Shown in pieces: positions 34,816-44,839 of a stretch of DNA of 64,000 nucleotides. The notes below the pieces were generated by a model that saw only the letters and a program-made list of their open reading frames with translations, did not search any database and was not told the DNA's origin. The position numbers were made by a program, and so were the translations under genes. Every line of letters begins with the position of its first letter. The first letter of the stretch is position 1. The DNA is from Candidatus Nanopelagicales bacterium (lineage in GTDB: Bacteria; Actinomycetota; Actinomycetes; S36-B12; JBBRLC01): NCBI GenBank assembly GCA_038244765.1, contig JBBRTC010000004.1, positions 6,760 to 70,759 of the forward strand, in the 5' to 3' direction.

Positions 34816-36501
34816 CTACATGCGGGTGGGGGCGCTCACCCCAAGGATTGCTAGACCGTTCGCCAAGGTTTGGCGAGCCGCCGCGCACAACCACACCCTG
34901 GAAATATTTAGCGGCGTAACCGGTTCGTCGCCCATCGGCAACACTCGACATGCGTCGTAAAAGCGGTGGTACGCCGTCGCGAGTTCCTCGAGATAGCGCG
35001 CGATGCGATGCGGTTCGCGCAATTCAGATGCGGCGCGCACCACTCGGGGGTACTCGCCGAGGGCACCCAGGAGGGCGGACTCACGCTCGTGAGTCAGGAG
35101 CGCGGGATCGAAGGAGTCGGCAGCCCACGCTGATTGATCCGCGGGTACGAGCCCCAAGTCGGCTGCATTCCGCAGGACAGAACTGATCCGCGCGTGGGCA
35201 TACTGCACGTAGTACACCGGGTTGTCGTTGCTGCGCTGTACGAGCAGATCGAGATCCAACACCAGTGGTGAGTCGACCGGATACCGAATCAACGTGTAGC
35301 GGGCCGCATCGACTCCGACCTCATCGATGAGGTCATCGATGGTGATGATGTTGCCGGCCCGTTTGGAGAGTCGTACCTCTTCGCCACCCTTCTTCATCTT
35401 CACTAACTGACCAATCAGCACCTCGATGTTGGCGTTCTGATCATCACCGGCGCAGGCAGCCACGGCACGCAGCCGATTGACGTACCCGTGGTGATCGGCG
35501 CCGAGCATGTAAATGCATAAATCAAATCCGCGGGCGCGTTTATCGACGTAGTAGGCAGTGTCTGACGCGAAGTAAGTCAGGGCTCCGTCGGCCTTGATCA
35601 ACACTCGATCCTTGTCATCACCAAAATCCGTCGTGCGCAGCCAGACGGCACCATCGAGTTCGTAGACATGGCCCTGCTCGCGCAACTTGGCGAAGCCACG
35701 TTCGACCGCGCCGGACGTGTGCAGGGCTCGCTCTGAATACCAGACATCGAAGTGGGTGTGAAACAGCTCAAGCACGTCCTGCTGCGCAGCGAGTTGGCGT
35801 TGGTAGCCCGACTCGCGAAACGCGACGAGGCGTGCCTCCTCGGGTAACTCGAGTATCGAGGGATCGTCGCGAACAATCGCGGCCGCAATGTCAACGACGT
35901 ACGACCCGTGGTATCCCCCGTCCGGTACCGAGCGACCCTCGGCTACCGCCTGTAGCGACGCACCGAACTTGTCCATCTGTACGCCGAGATCATTGACATA
36001 GAACTCGCGTGTAACTTCAGCACCATTGATTTCAAACACCCGCGCTAATGCATCGCCACATGCCGCCCAACGACTATGACCGAGATGCAACGGTCCGGTC
36101 GGATTTGCCGAAATGAATTCCAGATTGATGTGCATACCCGCGAGGGAATCCGAGCGGCCGTAGGAATCGCCGGAGACCACGATCGAGCGCGCCAACTCGC
36201 CGTGGGCATCGGCGTCCAGCGTGATGTTCAAGAAGCCCGGCCCCGCGACATCGACGCTTTCGATCCCGTCGACTGCGAGCAACCTCGGAACGAGGATTTC
36301 GGCCACCTCGCGCGGCGTCAGTCCAGCCACCTTGGTCAGCAGCATCGCGATGTTGGTCGCGTAATCGCCGTGATCACGGTTGCGCGGGCGCTCGACCTTT
36401 ATCTCCGCCGGAATGTCTTGCGCTGCAATGGATATCGAGCCATCGACACAAGCGGCACGGACTGCGGCGAGAATCGCCTCGGCGAGTGCGGCGGGGGTCA
36501 T
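34816..36501 (-). CDS. argS: Arginyl-tRNA synthetase
   Basis: HGDYATN, SANPTGPLHLGH, GADHHGY, YVQYAHAR. Confidence 0.97.
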   Translation of the reverse strand: MTPAALAEAILAAVRAACVDGSISIAAQDIPAEIKVERPRNRDHGDYATNIAMLLTKVAGLTPREVAEILVPRLLAVDGIESVDVAGPGFLNITLDADAHGELARSIVVSGDSYGRSDSLAGMHINLEFISANPTGPLHLGHSRWAACGDALARVFEINGAEVTREFYVNDLGVQMDKFGASLQAVAEGRSVPDGGYHGSYVVDIAAAIVRDDPSILELPEEARLVAFRESGYQRQLAAQQDVLELFHTHFDVWYSERALHTSGAVERGFAKLREQGHVYELDGAVWLRTTDFGDDKDRVLIKADGALTYFASDTAYYVDKRARGFDLCIYMLGADHHGYVNRLRAVAACAGDDQNANIEVLIGQLVKMKKGGEEVRLSKRAGNIITIDDLIDEVGVDAARYTLIRYPVDSPLVLDLDLLVQRSNDNPVYYVQYAHARISSVLRNAADLGLVPADQSAWAADSFDPALLTHERESALLGALGEYPRVVRAASELREPHRIARYLEELATAYHRFYDACRVLPMGDEPVTPLNISRVWLCAAARQTLANGLAILGVSAPTRM

Positions 36502-36847
36502 GGCGGTCAACCCTACCGACGAGGAGATGTTGGCCTCGCACGAGTAAGTGCGGACAAATGGAAGTCGCGGGTGAGGAACCCGAAGGGACTTCACCCGCGA
36601 CTCCGGTCGACCCTTCCCCCCGTTAAGGGTCGACCGGACTCACATCGTGGCGGGTCGCGGCGCGAGATCACAGGGGGTGACGCCAACTGTGGACAACGAC
36701 CTGAGGGCGGCTCGACCGTACGGATGAGGCCAACTGGGTGACGAACGACCACCGACGCTGCACCACTGGCTGCGATCGCGACCAGGAGTAGCGCGCTTAC
36801 TCCGCCAAGGAGCAACTGTCTGCGCTGATATGGTCGACAACCCCGAG

Positions 36848-36919
36848 GCCCCCGTAGCTCAGGGGATAGAGCATTGGCCTCCGAAGCCATGTGCGCAGGT
36901 TCGAATCCTGCCGGGGGCA
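36848..36919 (+). tRNA. tRNA-Arg (CCG)
   Basis: Acceptor GCCCCCG/CGGGGGC, D arm GCTC/GAGC, anticodon loop CTCCGAA, T arm GCAGG-TTCGAAT-CCTGC; CCA not encoded. Confidence 0.95.
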
Positions 36920-37077
36920 CTCACTTGATGCCAACGAGAATTTCAAGTGCGCGATCAGCAAAGATGCAGGCGTAGGTCTCATCCATTGGTTTCTCTGAGT
37001 GAACTCCGGCTGGTTTCCGAGGCTCACTACAAACGCCGACTCGGCGACGAACTCCGCGAAGTCCGTAGTGTGGGCGA

Positions 37078-38049
37078 GTGAACTCACTAGATTCGCAGCC
37101 AGCGACTCGAAAGGTCGATGCGATTGGGGCTTGTCAACGCGATCAGTCGGTGGCCACCTCGGCGATAGACCTGACGCGGATTCAGCGGGGCGTACGAGCG
37201 GGTGCTTCAATCCTCATCGTTGTCGCCTTCTTGACCGTGCTCGCCTGGATCGTTGGTTCGCTCTCCCCCGCCCACGCTGCTGGGGCGTCAGTGCCAGCGC
37301 TCTCGTCATCCGGAACCTCCACGCCCTCCCCGACAACGTCGCCGACAGCCACACCGAGCCCGACCCCAACACCGAATCCCCAACCGCAGCTGCCACGCAA
37401 GGTGGTCTTGGGTCATTCGTACTTGGGCCGAAGCCTCATCGCGATTCGGCAAGGGTCTGCCACGGCCACGCGGGTTCTGCTGGTCATCGGACAGATGCAC
37501 GGCAATGAGAGGGCCGGCGTTCCCATCGTTGCGAAGTTACGCACGTCGGCTCGTATTCCGCGCGACGTTGCCATTTGGACGATTGCCACCATCAACCCCG
37601 ACGGATACGCGCGCCACACTCGACAGAACCGTCGACACGTCGACCTCAACCGCAACTTCGCGTACGGCTGGAGGCATCACGCCACCGGCGGTTCACAGTT
37701 CTATCCCGGACGTCGAGCGGCGAGCGAACTGGAGACCCGTGAGACCGTTCGATTCCTGCGTATGTTGCGCCCAGACGCGGTGGTGATATTCCACCAGGCC
37801 GGCAACGGCGTAGACACGAGTGGTTCAAAAGGCCTGGTCATGTCCCGAGAGTTGGCGCGCGGAATTGGTCTGCCGCTCAAGCGTTTTCGGTGTCATGGGG
37901 TATGCCGCGGCACGTTGACTTCGTGGTTCAACCACTACTTCGCCGGCACCGCAATCACAGTCGAACTGCCCTCACATGTTTCGACTCGGATGCGGTGGCG
38001 GGCTGTTGTCACGTTGGTGTCGGCGTCGAGATCACTCCCCGACTTCTAG
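37078..38049 (+). CDS. Secreted M14 zinc carboxypeptidase (MpaA-like); start uncertain
   Basis: HGNE, NPDG, VDLNRNF, SELET, ITVEL; N-terminal hydrophobic segment and PT linker. Confidence 0.85.
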   Translation: MNSLDSQPATRKVDAIGACQRDQSVATSAIDLTRIQRGVRAGASILIVVAFLTVLAWIVGSLSPAHAAGASVPALSSSGTSTPSPTTSPTATPSPTPTPNPQPQLPRKVVLGHSYLGRSLIAIRQGSATATRVLLVIGQMHGNERAGVPIVAKLRTSARIPRDVAIWTIATINPDGYARHTRQNRRHVDLNRNFAYGWRHHATGGSQFYPGRRAASELETRETVRFLRMLRPDAVVIFHQAGNGVDTSGSKGLVMSRELARGIGLPLKRFRCHGVCRGTLTSWFNHYFAGTAITVELPSHVSTRMRWRAVVTLVSASRSLPDF

Positions 38050-38091
38050 TCGCACAGGCACAAGCCAACGGTCCTTTGCGCGTTTCGGCGA

Positions 38092-39099
38092 TCAGATTTC
38101 GGTGTTGTCGCGAGTCAGCGGCAGACCACCGAGTGCATCGTCGTACGCGCGTGGATCCTCGATCGGCTCAAGGTGGGTGTGTATCTCGCAAAACTCCAAG
38201 TCGCTGCGCACGGCAGCTTCGATGTCCTCCAACAAATCGTGTCCACGTTGCACAGTCCACGAACCGGGGACTAGGACATGGACTGACACGAAGCGCCGAT
38301 GGCCGGACTCCCGCGTTTGGAGTGCATGAAAGGCAACCTCATCGCTGGCAAATCGTTGCAGCACAGCAGCAATTCGGTCGTGATCGGCTTGCGGGAGTGC
38401 TTCGTCCATCAGTCCAGAAACTGAGCCGGAGACAAGCCGTACGCCGACGATAAGGATGTTGACCGCGACAGCCAATGCAATGGTTGGGTCCAACCACAAC
38501 CACCCGGTCAGTGGCACCAGGATGACCGCGATCACAACACCCACCGATGTCGCCACGTCGGTGATGAGGTGGCGTCCGTCGGCGTCGAGAGTTCGCGAAC
38601 GATGCCGTCGTCCAGCTCGAATCAAGACCAGACCCACGGCAAGGTTGATCGCGGTGGCAACCAGAGACACGAGCACACCAGCGGCAACGTGATCAATTGG
38701 GGTGGGATTGAAGAAGCGGGGGATTGCTTCGATGACGATCACGGTTGCAGCGACGAAGATCATCAGACCTTCGAGCCCGGCGGAGAAGTACTCGACCTTG
38801 CCATGTCCGTAGTGGTGATTCTCATCCGGCGGCAATGCAGCGACTCGAAGGGAGATCAACACGATCACGGCGGCGACGAGATTCACGATGGACTCGGCTG
38901 CGTCAGAAAGCAGGCCCACCGAATCGGTGAGCAGGTACGCGTAACCCTTGATCGTGATGGTGAGTATCGCCGCGACTATCGCGAGCCAGGCGTACCGCGT
39001 CAGCGAATCGCGCCCGCCTCCCACCGGGGTAGCCGGCGCCCCCCGGGGGCCATGGCTATGTCCTCGGCTCACCGGCCCATTCTCCCACCCGTCCGCCAT
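38092..39099 (-). CDS. Cation diffusion facilitator transporter
   Basis: SDAAES, HHYGHGKVEY, DGRHLITD, HTHLEP. Confidence 0.92.
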   Translation of the reverse strand: MADGWENGPVSRGHSHGPRGAPATPVGGGRDSLTRYAWLAIVAAILTITIKGYAYLLTDSVGLLSDAAESIVNLVAAVIVLISLRVAALPPDENHHYGHGKVEYFSAGLEGLMIFVAATVIVIEAIPRFFNPTPIDHVAAGVLVSLVATAINLAVGLVLIRAGRRHRSRTLDADGRHLITDVATSVGVVIAVILVPLTGWLWLDPTIALAVAVNILIVGVRLVSGSVSGLMDEALPQADHDRIAAVLQRFASDEVAFHALQTRESGHRRFVSVHVLVPGSWTVQRGHDLLEDIEAAVRSDLEFCEIHTHLEPIEDPRAYDDALGGLPLTRDNTEI

Positions 39100-39261
39100 T
39101 CTTCCCTCCCTGGCGCTCCCCCAACCCCGTTATGCGGGTCCCCTACCCCAAAAGGGGCTTCTACGGTCTATGCTGGCCACGCTTCGATCGAGATGGTCGT
39201 CGCGGGCCAGACCCTGCAGGGTTGATAGGCCGATCCGCCCCAACCCCGCAAGGAGTGAGCA

Positions 39262-39465
39262 GTGGCTCAGGGCACCGTGAAATGGTTCAACGCCGAAAAG
39301 GGTTTCGGCTTCATCGCCCCAGACGACGGCAGTGCCGACGTCTTCGTGCATTTCAGCGCGATCCAGAGTGACGGTTACAAGTCGCTCGAGGAGAATCAGC
39401 GTGTGGAGTTCGACATCACTCAAGGCCAGAAGGGCCCCCAGGCGGACGCAGTACGCGCCGTCTGA
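39262..39465 (+). CDS. cspA: Cold-shock protein
   Basis: [24 protein letters not shown]. Confidence 0.95.
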   Translation: MAQGTVKWFNAEKGFGFIAPDDGSADVFVHFSAIQSDGYKSLEENQRVEFDITQGQKGPQADAVRAV

Positions 39466-39491
39466 CCCATCCGCTGCGAAGCAGCAAACTT

Positions 39492-39526
39492 GTGAAGGCT
39501 CCCACTTTGGTGGGGGCCTTCACTTT
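39492..39526 (+). terminator. Intrinsic terminator after the csp gene
   Basis: GTGAAGGCTCCCA/TGGGGGCCTTCAC stem followed by TTT. Confidence 0.75.
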
Positions 39527-39552
39527 GTCCCCACCCCCTTTACCCCCTTCGC

Positions 39553-39610
39553 CGAGTCGTCAGTTTTGGGTCACTTTCGACGGTGTGAATGACCAAAAAC
39601 CGACGACTCG
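39553..39610. repeat. 21-bp imperfect inverted repeat (REP-like hairpin or terminator)
   Basis: CGAGTCGTCAGTTTTGGGTCA ... TGACCAAAAACCGACGACTCG (19/21 paired). Confidence 0.7.
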
Positions 39611-39620
39611 ATGGGTCGGG

Positions 39621-41930
39621 TTAGGTGTTGGGGATGCGGATGCGGGTGTCTGATCCGGCCGACATGACCAGTACGACCTGACCGGCGGGACCCAACGGCA
39701 GGCCTCCCTGGGGAGTTTGGGAGACAACAACCCCAGGCGGTACGGCGGTGTCGGGGGCCGCGGTCGCTCCTTGCAGGCGTACTCGATAGCCAGCCGATGT
39801 CAGTGCCGCAACCGCGGCACCGAGGGTCAGCCCTCGTACATCGGGCACTAACAGCACGGAGTTAGCCAACGTCGACGCATCGACTGCCGGGAAGGTAAGG
39901 GCCGGAAGCCGACGATGCAGGAAGTAGAAAGTTTCGCGCCAGATCGGGCCCGCGACGGTACGGCCGTACACCGTCCCAAATGACTGGCCGTACGCCGTGA
40001 TGTTCTCGACCGGGTATTGCGGACCTCTGATGTCGCCGACCCACACGGCCCCCGCGTACTGCGGCGTTGCACCAGCGAACCACGTTGCTCCGTGATTGTT
40101 GGTTGTGCCGGTCTTGCCGATGGCCTCGTGTCCGTTCAACGCCAAGCCGGCGCCCGTGCCTCCGCCGGAGAACACGCCCTTCAAGACGGCGTTGACGGTG
40201 TCAGCGACGCCTGGCGCCAGCACGCGATGACAGTCGGCCTTGGGTACCGCGACCGGTAGGCCATTAGGGCCGGTCATGGATCGGATCACGATCGGCCGGC
40301 ACGCGATCCCGCGGGCCGCCAACGTGGCGTACACCGTCGCCATGTCCAATGGAGAAGTCTCGAAAGCGCCCAGAGTCAACGAGGCGTCGCGCCGCCCAAC
40401 CCTCTTCGGGCCCGAACGTGGAAGCGAGGTCATACCTAGCCGCGCAGCCATGTCGGCAACGGGAAGCACTCCGGTGCGTTCGATCAACTGGACGAAGAAG
40501 GTGTTCACCGAGCCGGCCATGCCGCCGTACGCATCAAGGGAGCCGTGCCCGCGATCGTCGTCGTTGTGAAAGCCGCCCTTGGGGTAATTCATGTTGGCCG
40601 GGATGTAGCCATTCGGTGTGTCGAATCGGTCGTACGGCGAAATCCCTTGTTCCAGAGCCGTTGCGAGCGTGATCGGCTTGAAGGTCGACCCGGGTTGGAA
40701 GGCGGGCAGTGTGGGCAGCACGAGTTCCGTCTGGCCGCGCCGCGCGTTGGTTCCCCACCGCTTGCTCGTCGCCAACGCAACTACTTCGCCTGACCCCGGT
40801 CGCACCACGGCGATCGCGGTCGCAACCCGATTCCGCGGGGACAGGGCATGCGACACCGAGTACTGCGCCGCCAGCATCGCCGATCGACTCAAGGTCGTGA
40901 CGATGTGCAAGCCACCGCGATAGAGCAGGGCTTCGCGCGCCTCGGGCGTCGCTCCAAACGCAGGATCCGATTCGATCGTGTCGCGTACGTACTGACAAAA
41001 GAAGGCGTACGGCGAACTCGCGCAACCTTGGACCGGCGTCGTTAGAGTGATCACGATCGGAGTCGCCCTCGCCGCAGCGCCGGCGGCCGCGACGAGCCGA
41101 CCCGTCTCAACCATCCGGGAGATGACGACGTCGCGGCGGATCTTCGCCACCTTCGCGTGATTGATCGGGTCATAACCAGCCGGGTTCTTCAGCATCCCGG
41201 CCAACAACGCCGTCTCTGGCAACGTCAAGACTTCCAGCGGTTTCCCGAACCAGCGTCGGGCGGCGGCGCCTACCCCGTAGGCGCCCCGACCGAAGTAGGA
41301 CGCGTTGAGATAGCCCTCAAGAATCTTGTCCTTACCGAGACGTAGCTCCACTTCGACCGCGAGTCGCGCTTCGCGCAGTTTGCGATCGAGAGTCTTGGCG
41401 GTGACTTCGTCGCGGCGTTCGGCCGTACTCGCGTTAGTGAGCAACACGTTCTTGACGTATTGCTGCGTCAGTGTTGATCCACCCTGCCGGCGGCCGCCGC
41501 TGCCGTTGTTGAGCAAAGCGCGAAGTAGTCCACGAAGGTCGACGGCGCCGTGCGCGTAAAAGCGATCGTCCTCGATGGAGAGGACGGCATCCGTGAGTGA
41601 CTTCGGCATTTGGCTCAGTTGCACCGGGATGCGATTTTCGCCGTAGAACTCTGCGACAACCGTCTTGCCGTCCGCCGCGTACACGACGCTTCGCTGCGGC
41701 AAAGGAGTGTCAAGCGGTAGGTCGATAGGCAGATCGTGAAACCACGTCGTCGACTCGCGTACGCCGATACCGGTACCGCCGATCGCCGGGGCGGTCAGAC
41801 CCGCCACGACCAAGCCCGCAGCGACAGACGCCACGATGAAACTGGTCCAGCCACGACTCACGGTCGACACCCGAGACCGCGACCGATGACCGTCGGACGT
41901 CGCGGCGTTGGGGAAGAGTTCTGCGAGCAC
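39621..41930 (-). CDS. Class A penicillin-binding protein (transglycosylase-transpeptidase + PASTA); start uncertain
   Basis: EDDRFY.HG, GGSTLTQQYVKN, RKLRE, GSTFK, SVN, KTGT. Confidence 0.92.
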   Translation of the reverse strand: MLAELFPNAATSDGHRSRSRVSTVSRGWTSFIVASVAAGLVVAGLTAPAIGGTGIGVRESTTWFHDLPIDLPLDTPLPQRSVVYAADGKTVVAEFYGENRIPVQLSQMPKSLTDAVLSIEDDRFYAHGAVDLRGLLRALLNNGSGGRRQGGSTLTQQYVKNVLLTNASTAERRDEVTAKTLDRKLREARLAVEVELRLGKDKILEGYLNASYFGRGAYGVGAAARRWFGKPLEVLTLPETALLAGMLKNPAGYDPINHAKVAKIRRDVVISRMVETGRLVAAAGAAARATPIVITLTTPVQGCASSPYAFFCQYVRDTIESDPAFGATPEAREALLYRGGLHIVTTLSRSAMLAAQYSVSHALSPRNRVATAIAVVRPGSGEVVALATSKRWGTNARRGQTELVLPTLPAFQPGSTFKPITLATALEQGISPYDRFDTPNGYIPANMNYPKGGFHNDDDRGHGSLDAYGGMAGSVNTFFVQLIERTGVLPVADMAARLGMTSLPRSGPKRVGRRDASLTLGAFETSPLDMATVYATLAARGIACRPIVIRSMTGPNGLPVAVPKADCHRVLAPGVADTVNAVLKGVFSGGGTGAGLALNGHEAIGKTGTTNNHGATWFAGATPQYAGAVWVGDIRGPQYPVENITAYGQSFGTVYGRTVAGPIWRETFYFLHRRLPALTFPAVDASTLANSVLLVPDVRGLTLGAAVAALTSAGYRVRLQGATAAPDTAVPPGVVVSQTPQGGLPLGPAGQVVLVMSAGSDTRIRIPNT

Positions 41931-42033
41931 CCCCTATCTTCACCCGAACCAGGGCTCAAACCCTGCACCCGCCCCACCCAAGCTCCCAAATGGATGAATG
42001 AAGGACCCAAGAATGTGCCGATAGTCCGATCTA

Positions 42034-43623
42034 GTGGGACCAATGTGGCATTCACGCGTGGGCGTGGGTGAGACTTGGGGCATGGTCGGAGCCGCGCGTG
42101 GGGGTGGACGCGGGAGAACGACCAGCCGAGCGGTCCTGGCGGTCCTCGTCCTGGTCGTTGCACTCGATGTCTTCGCTCTCGGCGGTCTGAAGGCCCTGGG
42201 GATTTCCCTACTTCCACACCAGGAACAAACTGCTGCGGTTGTCCCCCCAGCCGCGGCACCGATCCGGCTTCTCTCGCTCACCCAAACGCCCGCCGCGCGT
42301 TTCATCGCAGCGTCTTTGATCCACAACCCGACACCAAGATGGGGTGCGACAGGCAGCGTCAGTTGGGCCGCTAGTACGGCCTTCGACCAAGCCTGCTCGG
42401 CAAACACGGCAAGCGCGGGGCCAGCAATCGCCGGGCAGCGTGTGTTCGTCGTTGACGGGCACGCCGTTACCGTCGCCGTACGTGCGTACGGCGCGGGTCA
42501 GGGGATGCCTGCTATGCAGGCACTCTTGAGCCGTGTTCGCGATTGTGCGCAGAGCGGCGCCAACGTGGGAGCAGCGCCGGCACCAAACCTGGGAGTTGCA
42601 GCCATCGCCGGATGGGCGCAACCCGCCGGCTCACCGGGTCGCGTCTCGAGTTTGCTGTGGCGCCGCGGTGATGTGGTGGCCTCAGTTAGCGTCGCTGGCG
42701 GTCCGAATTCGCTCCCCGCCCTCGCGTTCGATCTCGACCCTGTCCTACTCAGCCTCCTCACCCCCGTGTGCGCCAATCTTCATCCGGTGATCACCGACTC
42801 AGTGCGTTCGCCGTACGCCGATCGAAACTCGTTCCTGGGCTGGCAGGTTCCCCAACCTGTGCAAGTCACATCCCAAGGAACACCGACTCCGCCTGCGGGC
42901 GTTTTCCCAGTACCACTCGATCACACTTCGACTCCGCTTCCATCCATCTCTATCCCTGTCCAGCCCGCGCCGCCCGTGTGGCCCGTAGCGCTGCCCACGC
43001 AGGTCCTTTCCCCGTTAGCACCAACTCCACCTGGACCAGAACCCACGTCGACCACCGTCCCTATCCCCACCCAGGATCTCGTCGGTCCGGGATGCGGGTG
43101 GGCTTTCAGCGGTCAAATCGCCCCGCCGTTTGATGCGGCGTCGGCGCAAGTCGCGGGCGCTGCCGCGATCGAAGGCGCGCAAGCGCAACTCGTCGCAACC
43201 CAACAAGCGTGGGATCAAGCCGTACTCGAGTTTTGGTCGTCGCAAGGTTTGTACGACTCGACTGCCACGTCCTACGTGGCGTATGCCGCGGCCGTACGGA
43301 CCGTAGCCAACGCATGGGACAAGATCACCGCTGACCGCGATGAATATGCGCGGGCCTTAGCTGACTACACAACGGCGTTGGCGATTCAGACTGACTTTCT
43401 CGCCCGCCGCGCTGCTGCGCAAGCTGTTTATGACGCGGCGGTGGCAACGTGCGCCGGGCTAATAACACCGACTCCAACGCCCGGACAACCCGCTTCCACG
43501 TGTCCCCCGGTCACGCCGCCCATTCTGAGCGAACCGACTCCAACTGTGCCGCCAAGTCCCACTGCACCACCGGTGGTTGGACCTGATGGCTTGCCGTTAG
43601 TGACCGCATCTGCCACGCCGTAA
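42034..43623 (+). CDS. Membrane-anchored or secreted Pro/Ala-rich hypothetical protein
   Basis: Long ORF with N-terminal TM, six Cys, Pro-rich linkers and a helical C-terminal part; start uncertain. Confidence 0.65.
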   Translation: MGPMWHSRVGVGETWGMVGAARGGGRGRTTSRAVLAVLVLVVALDVFALGGLKALGISLLPHQEQTAAVVPPAAAPIRLLSLTQTPAARFIAASLIHNPTPRWGATGSVSWAASTAFDQACSANTASAGPAIAGQRVFVVDGHAVTVAVRAYGAGQGMPAMQALLSRVRDCAQSGANVGAAPAPNLGVAAIAGWAQPAGSPGRVSSLLWRRGDVVASVSVAGGPNSLPALAFDLDPVLLSLLTPVCANLHPVITDSVRSPYADRNSFLGWQVPQPVQVTSQGTPTPPAGVFPVPLDHTSTPLPSISIPVQPAPPVWPVALPTQVLSPLAPTPPGPEPTSTTVPIPTQDLVGPGCGWAFSGQIAPPFDAASAQVAGAAAIEGAQAQLVATQQAWDQAVLEFWSSQGLYDSTATSYVAYAAAVRTVANAWDKITADRDEYARALADYTTALAIQTDFLARRAAAQAVYDAAVATCAGLITPTPTPGQPASTCPPVTPPILSEPTPTVPPSPTAPPVVGPDGLPLVTASATP

Positions 43624-43654
43624 CCGGCCGGCCTAAGAGCGCCTGGTCGTCCGA

Positions 43655-44647
43655 TCAAGCGCTGGGGTAGGAATTTGCTCGCCATTGCGCCCACGACATG
43701 TTCCAAGGGCCACCGAGCCCGTTCCACGGCTCCATCTTGCGACGCGTTCCAACCGTGATCACCGGGTCGCCGGGGATCGAGTGTTGGTAGAACCACTTCG
43801 CCGGGCTGGTCAACAGGTTGGTACATCCATGTGAACCGTTCCAATGTCCGATACGACCGGCGGCCCACGGAGCTCCGTGCACGAATTCTCCCGTCGGCGT
43901 GATGCGCACCGCCCACGGCACCTGTAGGTCGTACTGCTCGTTGGGCTTGCGCAAACCCAACTCACGACTTGTCATGCGGCGGACGACGTATTTGTCGGTC
44001 GTCACTTTGATGCCGCTACGGGTGAGGAAACCGGGCTTGCCGAGGGACACACCAAACTTCTTGACCCGCTTGCCATTAATGAAGACCGACATGCGATCGG
44101 TGCGCCCGTTGATGTAGGAAATCTGCGCGCGCGAGGTGCGGAAGGTCACGCTTTTGTTGGCAGCGCCGTTACCAACGATCGCTGTCCGCGAGTTGACGGT
44201 TCCGACAAATTTGTGACTCAGTCGTACTGCCACGTTGATCGTCGTGTACGCCGGCCAAAACGCGCGAGTGCGATAGATCGCCGTGCGCGTGCTCGTCCAG
44301 GACCACACGCCTTCGGTCGTCCGACGTGATGTGCTCACGATCATCGCGGCTTGCGCGAGACGACGGTTGACCGGTCGGGAAAATGTAACCGTGATCGGGT
44401 ACGCAACACCGACGACCGCTCCGCGACCCGGTGAAACCGTCACCGAGACCGGCACCTTCCTGAGATATGTGGCCGTGGGCTTCGGCGTCGGAACTATCGG
44501 CGGCGGGCTGGTAAACGAAGGCCAGACACCATCGCTGGGCACTGAGGTCCGCGCCGACGCCATGGGTGCAAGCTCAACGACACCGAGGCCCACGGCGAGG
44601 GCGGCGAGCGCGGCCAATACCGCACGTGCCGAGTTTGGAATGGACAT
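43655..44647 (-). CDS. L,D-transpeptidase
   Basis: Signal peptide, Ig-like domain, EFVHGAPW..SHGCTNL. Confidence 0.92.
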   Translation of the reverse strand: MSIPNSARAVLAALAALAVGLGVVELAPMASARTSVPSDGVWPSFTSPPPIVPTPKPTATYLRKVPVSVTVSPGRGAVVGVAYPITVTFSRPVNRRLAQAAMIVSTSRRTTEGVWSWTSTRTAIYRTRAFWPAYTTINVAVRLSHKFVGTVNSRTAIVGNGAANKSVTFRTSRAQISYINGRTDRMSVFINGKRVKKFGVSLGKPGFLTRSGIKVTTDKYVVRRMTSRELGLRKPNEQYDLQVPWAVRITPTGEFVHGAPWAAGRIGHWNGSHGCTNLLTSPAKWFYQHSIPGDPVITVGTRRKMEPWNGLGGPWNMSWAQWRANSYPSA

Positions 44648-44839
44648 GCCGATACCTACCGTCGTGCGAAGTCTGGGCCCACGGGGAAGAAGGCCTCAAA
44701 TTCCGTATCGGCCTTAACCCATCTGGCCTAAAGCCCCGACTGCTCCGCGCGCGGGCTTTCGAGTCTAGAAACACCGCTGCTCGGGGTAAGAACTGCCCAG
44801 TTCACGCGGGAATGTGGCTGCTGGCGCGGGGGAACCTGC

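Noticed and set aside
41995-44732. Additional sigma-28 promoters before the 42034 ORF and the L,D-transpeptidase
   Set aside because: Good GCCGAT -10 but poor or mis-spaced -35; not listed as features
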